Origin: Reclinomonas americana ATCC 50394
Lineage: Eukaryota
Direction of reading: 5' to 3'
Assembly: GCA_048213135.1 (NCBI GenBank)
Contig: PS015039.1
Coordinates: 230,799-250,798, forward strand
DNA length: 20,000 bases
Part shown: in pieces, positions 1-10,400 of the stretch
How the letters are laid out: each line of letters begins with the position of its first letter
Numbering within the stretch: position 1 is the stretch's first letter
The notes under the pieces: generated by a model
The model's input: the letters and a program-made list of their open reading frames with translations, nothing else
The model's database searches: none
What the model was told of the DNA's origin: nothing
Position numbers and translations under genes: made by a program

Positions 1-1330
1 CAGCGCCTCCCGTCGCTCCGCCTATCACCCACGACCGCAGTCGTCACCGGGCTATCGAGCGGGCGACGTGCTTGCTGCTCGGCCGCGCAGTGCCAACGCC
101 AGTGTGCAGCGCACGAGCACTTCTATCGATCCGTCCTCGTCGGCAAACTCGACCCCTCTTGCCAGTGTCATTGGCGGTTCAAGTGAGGCTGGCGACCTGG
201 TGGACGTGGACGACGTGGAGGGGAGTGACGGAGCGGAGGATTCGTTGGATATTGCGGAGAGGGCCTACCGCAAGGCACGGCCACTGTCTCCACAACAGCA
301 AAAGTCTGACAGGCCGCGCCCGCCGCATCTGGCCTTTGTCACCAGCTCTGTCGATTCCAGCGGCAGCGGCAGTGGTGGTGGTGTTGGTGGTCTTCGCTCC
401 CGCTCCACCGCCATCTCTACTACTGGCCGGCCTGCTACTCCCATCGGTGCGCCGCCGCCGCCACCACCACCGCCCATCCAATCGCCAGAGTCTCCGCACC
501 GACCGCCCGGTGCGCCATCCTCGGCTCGTTCCCCACGTTCTCGTGCTCCGCGCGTCAATCACCATTTGCGAGTGGTACGCTGTAGTCCGTTTGTGTGAGC
601 ACCTTGTGTGTGCGACACTTGTTTACCGATGTGCATGCAGAGTGCGTTTGAAAAGGCGGAAGACGACGACGCCAGCAGCCGGACGAGTGGGAGCAGCAGC
701 GGCGGCGGTGCACCGCCCGTGTGGAAGGCGCTGAAAGAAGTGGTGGCTTCAGCTGACCTCGAACCCGTCTCGCCCATATCGTACACGCTGCGCAAGTGCG
801 TGAAAGCCACTCACGGTTGTCTGGTGTGGCGCACATCTCACGTCATGTTTTTCCTCTTGTGTGAACACAGATCAATGCATCCTTCCGAGTTGATCCTGGA
901 GACAGCGCGTCGTCTTGATGTTGCGCACACCAGCAGTGCATCGTGTCTTTCCCACACCATGTGAGCACTCAATTCGTATTCTTTGTGTATGCAGGTGGGA
1001 GTGTTGACCACGAACACAGCCAATCCTCAACTGTTCAGTCGTCGCCCAGCACGCCCGCCGGATCCAAATTCACCGTCCGAGCGCGAAAAGCGAACGCAGT
1101 CACTCATGCGTGTGGATGTTGGCATGCCGAAGAAGCCGAGCGTCGCCGACGTGATGCGCAGCGTTTCCGCCACCGCGGCCGGCAACACGTTTTTCGGTGG
1201 CGCTGCCTCCGATCGACATGCGGCTCGCCAACCCCGCCGCCCACAGACCGCTGGCTCTCGCCGACCGCCGCCAGCGCCGTCATCGAGGACACTGCCTCTG
1301 CGTCCTAGTTCAGCGCACTTGCGGTACTGA
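1..1330 (+). CDS. 3' part of a spliced gene encoding a Ser/Pro/Arg-rich, largely disordered protein of unknown function (5' end outside window)
   Basis: Phase-consistent exons: <2-574, 641-795, 871-919, 995-1330 (stop TGA). Donors GTACGC, GTGCGT, GTTGCG; CAG acceptors. Contains poly-Pro and Gly/Ser runs; no recognisable domain. Confidence 0.7.
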
Positions 1331-1421
1331 TTCTAGCCAGCGTGGGGACGCAAGCCCTACATAATTGATAATAATAATTCGAACTCTACAAAAAGTTATT
1401 TCTCCGATATTTCCGTATCGC

Positions 1422-4400
1422 TTATACCCTGCGCGCGATTATTGATTGACACACAAGTTAGTGCAGATCACCATAATACTCATGGTGACGGCGATGGCGA
1501 CTGCAACTCACCGCAGAAGGGAGAATGGCCGTCCCTCAGCACCGGCACTAGCTCCAGTTGGTCCCATGACCGCACCGTGCTGTACCAGCAGACGGGTCTG
1601 TCGTGGCAGCAGGCCCTTGACTCCCGCCAGACTCACTCCAACAAGATTAAGTGATCGCAAATCCACCAGCGGCTGTCGGCATCACAGCAAGTCAGGACAC
1701 ATACACACAAAGACGACTCGCACTCCACGCACCGCAGCAGCAGCAACACCGTCACCCTGCGCCGCCAGCGATATCGCTGTCAGCCAGTGGAACGTCAGCT
1801 TGTCGCCCATTATCTGGAAGTGCAGCACATCGACGTGTTCGCCGTCTGGTGTGAAACGATACAGCGCCTTTTCCTTGTCGCTCGTCGGTCTGACAACGAG
1901 GCGGATGGTGTCAAGAGAGCGCACATCCCGAATGCGACCTCCGCGTCGCGTCTCGTACCACGTGCCCTGCAGCACCCCCCTGCAGTCAGCGAGATGTCCC
2001 GAATACAGAATGCCACTACCCACAACGCACCACGAAGAGCGCGCCAGGCGACAAGCACAGGTTCACGATACGAGGTGCGCAGCTGAAACGATGCCAGCTG
2101 CCTCGTTCAACGCCCGATTCGACATCCCACAGTACAACACCGCCGTCGTGAGACAGAGATGCGAGCGTGTTGCCGGATGGATCGAACTCGACACTGCGTG
2201 TTGTCGCGTGAGTCGTGCGCCTCTGCGTTTGTCAATGCAGCGGCGACAACGGATTACCAGGTGATGAATGACCGCTCGTGTTTCGGGCTGCACAGGGTCT
2301 TGCTCCGCCGGTACAGCCGTTTCTCGACGTCCCATTGCCAGATGGTCACCTTGGAATCCATTCCGCCCGACGCAAGAAGCTGCACTCCGTCGGCACGGGG
2401 CTCACAGAATCGCACGCACTGCATGATAGGCAATGAGAAAACGGGAGCGAGTCGACATCACAAGACACATATGAACGCACCGTGACACCGTCGCGGTGGC
2501 CGAGCAGCGTCTGCGCCGGTGACACCAAGGTGTGTACAGTCTGCAACGCGCGAAAGTGAGATCGAATGCAATCAGAGTTCGGGCACAGATTGCTTCACCT
2601 CGCCAGCCAGTGGCAAAGTCCAGATGTCGATGCGATTGTCGCGACGAGCAGTGGCCTGTCCGCCAAGCAAACGTGAACAACGTTGTCAAAGGAAACAGAA
2701 CACGAGTACGCGCTCACCATTGTCTTTCCGTCACTCGACAGCGCCATGCTGACAGTCGAGATACTTCCACGATCAATGTAGAACAGCAGACGCCCGTCGT
2801 TGAGTGCCCACACAAAGGTCTTGCCGCCGGTGCAGCTGGCAGCGAAGAGAACTCGGTCGGATGCCGCGCCAGAGAAACAGCTGCTGATGAAGCGGTTCTC
2901 CATTGTGGAGCGACGCTCCAAAATCACGGTAGGCAACACCGCCTGACCACTGGCGGCCTCCGTGGTCCACGCGCGTGGACGTGGCGATCCGCTCATGTAG
3001 TCGACCGCCACCACGTGGCGCAGGTCGGGAGAGCAGTAGATCGCCCGTTGAGAGTCCGGACGCGGCGGTGCCACGATGCGCTCGTCACCGAGCATCCACG
3101 AGCGCACCGTCTGATCAGCAGACGCGGAGACAAGCCGCTCACGGCCATTTCGCTCGCGGGCAAAGCGAACACTGCGCACCCATCCGCTGTGTGCACTGAT
3201 ACTGCGCAGAAGGCGCCAGCTTTCCGTGTCGAACAGACACACAGTGCAGTCGTTGCCGCAGGACGCAAGATACGAGCCATCGGCAGAGAAGTTCAGATCC
3301 CACACCTGCACTTGCACGTTAGCGGCACGCCACAACGATTGAGAAGCGGGAAGAACGCACCCAGCCGGTGTGCTCTCGCAGCGTGTGCTCCACCACCCAC
3401 GTGCTGTCGTCGGAGGTACTTTGCAGCCACACACGGACGGCCTGATCACGTCCGCCCGTGGCGATCACGGAAGGCAGCTGCGAACGGACGGCGACGGCAT
3501 TGACACTGTCGGAGTGCTTCAGTGGTTTGGAGCGCGGAACCCACACTTGTTCGTCGTCTTGCTGTGAGGTCGAACCGGCGGGCAGCTGCTGCTCCCACAG
3601 GCGCACCATTCCGTCCCAGCTTGCCGACACCAGCACTTCGACGCCGTCAACTACTGCAAACGTCACATCTTGGACGGGACCGGAGTGGCCGTGCAGCACG
3701 CCGTGCGGAAGCAGCTTCAAGCGACCCGCTGCACACTTGTAGAGCCGAATCTGCGCGATCAACCAAGAAAGAATGAGCACTGGCGTGCACAAGAATAGTG
3801 AAAGACTGACAACTCTCGTCATGCCGCCGTCCACCTACCGTGTGATTGGAGAAGCCGACAGCGAGCAAGCCGAGGTGAGGAGTCGAAAATGCCAAGCTTT
3901 CGGTGCAGTACGGGCGCGACGTAGCAGTGTGAGCCAGCTGTGCGACGAATCAATGTCAGGCCGCTGCAAGTTAAGGGTCACGCTTGCCAGTTAAAGACGC
4001 AACCACACGCTCGCACAACATGGGAGCCACTTGCAGGTCACAGAGGTTGACAGCAATATCTGCAGTGGCAATGCGCATTTAAAAACCCCCGTGCAACAAC
4101 AGTCACCCAGTGCTGACCACGCAACAGCTCTCATCGGTGAACGAGAAGGAGCGGTCAAACTCGGTGCACAGTCGATTCATCACATGTTGCAGTTCGGTGT
4201 CATTCACATCGACCAAGTCCGCGTGCGTGAACAGCACCAGCAAGTCAGGCTGCGTGCATCAACATGAGTGCTGTGCGCCACACTCAAGACGATCCCACTA
4301 TGCGAACGAAACTCTCAGTCCGCGGATCGATGCCAGGTGCGGTGCGCATGTTACCAGCATGGACAACCACTGCACTTGGTCCTGCAGTGATCGTGCTGTG

Positions 4401-7400
4401 GCAAGGATGAAGATGTTGAGCAAGAACAATGCAACCCGCCTGCCAGCACAGCAGCATCAAGACGCAACAGGAGCTTAGGTCGACGGTGAGGCACACCAGC
4501 GCCACCGACTGCCCTGTGGAAGGCACTGTATCCCCGCATATGAATGTTGGTCACACGGATTGAAGAAACACACAAGAAATTGCAACGGAGAATGCACACA
4601 CACACCAAATGCGGCCGTCATGTCGGACTCGTTCTCCACGACAACAATCTCGAAGCTCGCCTCCTCCGTATCGATGCGACTCACGCCACCGCTCTCATCG
4701 ACCGACGACGACGTGTGACGACGGAGAACTCCAACCAACTCGGCTTTGCCGGATTCAGGCGGACCGAGCACCACACTGCGAAAAAAATGTGCATGAGCGA
4801 GAAGACGACAGCCACTCAGCGTGCCACACAAACACGCAACATGCGACAAGAAGTCATTGGGTGACGGGCGCGGGTGCCGGGACTTGCAGACTCGGCGGTC
4901 GAATTGCAGCAGCAACTATCGTCGACCTGGTCGACCAATTCCAGCCGGTCGTCGTCGCCTCGTTGGAACAGGCACACATCGCAGCCCTTGCCACCCGACG
5001 CCACGTATCGTCCATCCAGCGAGAATTCGACCACCGGCGGTGCATCCTTGTGTTCGTGCACCACACCGCAATCGACTCCGTCCTCGGCATACAGACGAAT
5101 CGTGCCATCGCTGCAACAGCTCACGCATTCGGATCGAATCACACCATCGCACACGCCACATAAAAATGCTTACCGACACGCCGTGACCATCAATGGTGAA
5201 GTCGGGCAGCAGGCGAGCGAATTGATGCCGACATCGTGACCCGGCTGACACGGCACCTCCGTGACCGGCAGCTGATTGAACGAGCAGCCCTCCAAATTCG
5301 CACCCTCCAGCTTCGCATTCGGCGCCCACACGCCCTCCAAATAGGCACCACGCATGTCGGCACCTCGCAAATCGACGCCCTCCAGCGACGCAAACGAAAG
5401 ATTCGCTCCACATGCCGCCACGTTGCGCATGTCACCGGCCAGTCGCGGATCGGTGGCGAATTCGAAGCCACACCAGTTGAGAAGCGAAATGGCTGAACGA
5501 TGCAAGTTGTGTGCTTTCAGCAACACAAACAGGAAGGCAGAGAGGTTGTGCACGCAGTGCGTCTCACCATTGCCTGACGCGACGCTAATCTTGGCGGCGT
5601 ATTCCTTGTTCTTGGAGAGTCGGACCAAGCGGACGAGCTGATCTTGCAGGCGTGGTGTGTGCTTCAACAGATCCGCATAGAAGACCAACAGAGCGTAGAA
5701 CTTGGTCAGCGGCAGCGTATTCAGGGCAGTCACACCCTGGGCGATCCGAATAAACTCCTCGTCGTCATCATCGGGAGCACTGCATCGCCAGCGCGTGTTA
5801 GACGCTGCTGCACCGCACAGAGGCCACCCCAATCAACGCAACTCCAACAGCACCAGCGTACTGCGCACGTAAAAGTACTGCCGGATCACGTCGTAGCTGA
5901 AGCTCCAAATCTGCGGCAGAATAATACACGTCGGTTGTGCAAGCCCCACAACAACCACGCAGTCGATCCTCACCTCTGACTGGGAGCCAATTCGGTACTC
6001 CAGCACAGTCATCTCGAGTGGGCACGAGTCCAACAGAAGCTCGGGGTCCATGACAGCGCCGTCCTTGTACAGTGGACCAAGGCGCTTGGCTGGATTGTGC
6101 GGCTGCACAAAGACAAACTCGCGCGACACAAACATCTTCAGCGCCAACCGCTGGCAATAGTCGAGCAGTTCGTCCTCGGTGGGCACTCGGTCGTCAACCC
6201 GGCTGCGCGCATCCAGTGCCCGGCGCATGCGCTCGCGAACAAACTGGTCCAACAGGCGCCACTGGAGCGGGATTCGCCCGCCCAACAACGCCGCGTGGCT
6301 CATGGTCGACTCGCACAGCTGGTCAATGACCAGGCGCAAAAACAGCGGGAAACGCATGAGGTCGCTCAGTTCCGTGGCGGCACTCAGCGCCTCGCTAATG
6401 ACATCAAACATGTCCTGGCGCGGCACGTACGCTCGCACGAAATCACGAATCTGCGAGTTGGACAGCGGAGCAAGTGCCACCACGCACAGCCGCCCGGCGT
6501 CCGGCTGACCAGTGCGCGTGGACAGCGGAGCGAACAGAGTCGGCAACTCGGGTTTCACCGGACTCAGCACGAAGCGCTGGCGACACGTGATGACCAACTT
6601 GGCATTCTTCCAATCGGCCAGCTGACAGACGAGCACGGGCGTACAAGAGTGAAAAAATGCGGTTGTGTGTGTGGAAAACAAGGACTCGGCGCAAACCTCA
6701 GGGAACTGAGTGAACACGCTCTTCTCCACCATGAGACTCTCCCAACCGTCCAGGAAGAACACCGTCGGCAAGTTGCGCAGCTCGTTGATTTCGCTGTCGG
6801 AGAAGCTGACGCACTCTGGCGCACGACGCAGCCACTCGCTCGGTCCAATCATGCGGCCGTCGACCCTAGCAAACGACAGCGTCTGGTGCACCGGAAAGAA
6901 ATTCTGCGAGCCTGCACCCCATCGTTCGGCCAGCGAACGAGTTGCCTGCACAGAGAATGTTCTGCGCGCGTGTGCACGAGAAACACATAAGTCAGCTTAA
7001 GGCCTCGCACTCGTCATCCGCTCGCCCCGTTGAGACGCAACGTTTTCCCGGAACCAACATCAGCCAAAACCACCATGACGCTCTGCACAGATTGGATGTG
7101 AGCGAATGGTTGTGGCAACAAGCGGCGGACAAGAAAGCAAGGAGACCTTGTGAGGCGACTGAAGAAAGGTCTCTAGACGGCCAAATAGGTCCTGCAGTCT
7201 GTTGCCTGCACCGGGTGCCTTTGGAGCAATGTACACGTCGGTGGCCTTGAAGCGCTGCTCCAGCAGGGTCTCTTGTGTCATCAGAAACATGTCGAGTTTG
7301 GTACGCACTGCCGCGATGACATATGAGGACAGAGAAAGAAAGCACAGCATTTTTCTCTCGATAGACAACTCACATCCAGAGCCGAGGTTGACATCCGACA

Positions 7401-10400
7401 CCGTACGCGGTAGCACACTGAACGCGTCAGTGTCGGAGCTTGAGGCACCCGCCGAAGGCAGAGTGACTGAACCGCTGCGCTGGTTGAAACTGCGCGCCAT
7501 CCCACCGCTCGCATGCATGTCGTCGTACAGCAGGCACTCGTTCCAGCGCTCTGCGCGGGGCACGATCATGTCAGCACTCGCAAACGGAATGACAAGGAGG
7601 TGAAAACAGGTCGCACACCATTGCGCTCCCGCATGGCCAGCAAGTGGTAGTCACGGTCGGAGAGGCACGGGTCACTGCTTCGTCGTGGCAGCGCCACCGG
7701 CTGCAGAAAGGTGGTGCTGGTGACCGAGCGGGCCAGCGTCGCTCGCTGCGTGTCGGCGTCTTGTTCCGCTGCGGGTGAGGACAGTAAGGCCGCTCCCGCC
7801 GCCGCCTCGTCGTCATCATCGCTGACGTCGATGAACGAATCTGTATCCAGCACGTTGCCGACAGGAACCGTGACGTAGTGGCGGTCGAAGACGTCCAGTT
7901 CGCAATCGTCGTCACCGGCGACACTCACATTGTCGGCACTCACATGTCGCACAGGTGGTGTGGTACCGAGAGACGATGGCGAGCTACTGCGCGAAGCGGC
8001 CGACTTGACCAACACAGGAGTCGGCAACAGACGCAGTGCACGGCTTGCCACGGCGTCGCTGACCAGGGGCAGAACGAAAACGGTGGAGAGCGGGATGTGT
8101 GCCGACTGCTCGGCGCTGGCGGTCAGCACTGCTGACTCGGTGACGGCGGCGGCGTCCAGCGGTCGCACAAGGAGCTCGTCCACTGCGAGCAGGTGGGTGA
8201 GAATCAAAGTGAAGCACCGCTGGAAACGCGTGAGACAGCGACTACTCAACGATGTTGCAGATGCTCGTCCAACACCACGCGGCACGCCTGAATGCGCGCC
8301 TCAAAGGCCAGCTCCTCGAATCGCTGCGAGTCCACTCGAAGGCGAAGCTCAAGAGCAACAAAGTCGGGAGTGGGCGTGGCCGATTGCAGGTCGACAAACT
8401 GCAAAAATAAAAAAAGACGAAACGTGTTAGATCGATCGATGGTTGATCGCAAGTACATCTCAGCACTACGCACCGTCGGATCAACGAATGGTGCTGAGTG
8501 CTCCCGGATTCTGTGCAGCACATGGCACAACAAGGCCGCCACTGCGTAATTGAGATGCACGTACGCCTCGAAGAGGAGCTCCTCCACCAACTGCGGCGGG
8601 AAAGTAATAGAGAGCGGGTGAGAAAGCAAGAAGGGAAGATGGGGATACAAGGAGACGCAACTGCAGCAGCCTGCTCGTCGTCACTCAGCAGCGGCAGTGT
8701 GCATTGCAACACTGTGCCGACCACAGCAATGTCGCAGCGGGCGGCAGCCAATAACAGGGCATGCTGTCCGACGCGATTGCGCTGCACGAGAAGCATTTCT
8801 GCGGCCAGAGTCGGCGGAAGGGCGGCCACAAGAGCCACTGCATTGTGCGAGGTGAGGAAGGAATAAAAAATGGACGGGTAAGAAAAAGAAAAGAGAGAGA
8901 GGAGTGCGACGCACCAAGACCGGCCATCGCTGCAGACTTGCGCTCACTGCTCGCGTCTGTGCGCGAATCGTCCGACCCGCTGTCGTCGGCGGGCGACGAA
9001 ACCTAACAATCAACAAGCAAACCGTGAACAACAACTCGGATGGAGCTCACATGCCACAGAAACCAACGCACCGTAGAGGAGAGGTTGCCCTGCGAGCCCA
9101 CGGCGAGCAGCATGGGAAGATTGAGCAGCTCGCTGGTCATCAAGGTGGCCAGCTGTGCCGGAGGCACGACCGTCAGCTGGAGAATGGCCACGAAAACTTG
9201 CGGATGGGCAAGAGCGGCGAGTGCCAGCGGTGAAAATCCCACACCAACGGCGATTTCGTCGACCAAAGCCGCGCAGCTGGTGGGACGCAGTCAAAAAAAC
9301 GGACAGCGACCGGCCGGTGAGAAGAAGCGGGGAAAATGTGCGCAACAGTTCGGCGGGAGTGACGGTCGAGGCAATGCGGCGCAGCTGAGCAAAGTCGTCG
9401 TTGAGAATGGCCTGTTCCGTCGGCGAGGGGGTCGATGAGTGCACTGCCGATACAATGATGCAATCGAAAAAAAGGCAACGCACCTTGAAGAGAAGCATGC
9501 ACAGAGCTGCATGTGCGCCGCCGGTTCCGTTCGGTGTCTGCGGTGCTGGCGAAGCAGCCGAGACGAAGCCACCGGATCCACTGGCCGAGTGACCGGAGGA
9601 CATGGACGAGGCGCCGGGTGAGCCGTCGGTGGGCATGGAGCGGTTGGACGGGCGCCGGACGGCCACTGCGGGATCAGAAGAAGGGTAAGGAGAAGGGGAG
9701 GAGGGAGGAGAAGGGGGAAGGGGAAGGAGAAGGGAGAAGGAGAAGGGGAAGGAGAGGGAAAGGAGAAGGGGAAGAAAAAGGTGAAGGAAAAAGGGGAAGG
9801 AAAAGGGGGAAGGGGAGGAGAAGGCGGGGGGAGAAGGGGAGGAGAAGGCGGGAGGAGAAGGCGGGAGGAGAAGGGGAAGGAGTAGGGGAAGCAGAAGGGG
9901 GAAGGAACAGAAGTAAGGAGGGAAGGAACAGGGGGAAAGAAAAGGGGGAAGGGAAAGGGGGAAGGAGAAGGGGGAAGGAGACGGAAGAGGGGAGCAGTGA
10001 AGCGAAAATAAACCAAGAAAGAGAGAGAGAGCGAGAGAGTAAAAACGCAACTCTTGCCAGATAGCTGCTGGGCAGGGAGGCGTCTCTCCACCACCAGCGT
10101 CACCCACTGCTCCGACACCTCCACGTGCCCATCTGTGTGCAGCGTCGCAAAGTACACGTGCGTGCGTCCCTCTTTCTGCGCTCCCAGCACCTGTCGTGAG
10201 ATACAGCGCACCGGGGAGCATGAAAGGCACCCACAAAACGCACCTGAGCCAGCACCTGCACCTTGGTCTGCACATCATCGGTCGATGCACCGAGAGGGCG
10301 TACCGTCAACTCGTCCTGATCAAGTGTCGGTCAACAGGCAGTGCGTTGCGAAAAAAGAAGGCAGGCAGCGACTCGCAGCGACGCAACAAGGCGAACAAGA

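Noticed and set aside
1682-2023. Possible PH domain (..FHWLTAISLAAQ resembles the PH C-terminal helix)
   Set aside because: The context fits a degenerate last WD blade followed by the family's 'L.W' motif and conserved tail exon; there are no other PH features.
2532-6990. Long + strand ORFs (323, 297, 184 aa) antisense to the WD40/NACHT exons
   Set aside because: Antisense shadows typical of GC-rich coding DNA, with no motifs of their own.
10052-10060. Apparent GC-AG intron donor (TCTG/GCAAGA)
   Set aside because: A GT donor of the same phase (A/GTTGCGT at 10051) lies a few bases downstream, so a non-canonical site is not needed.
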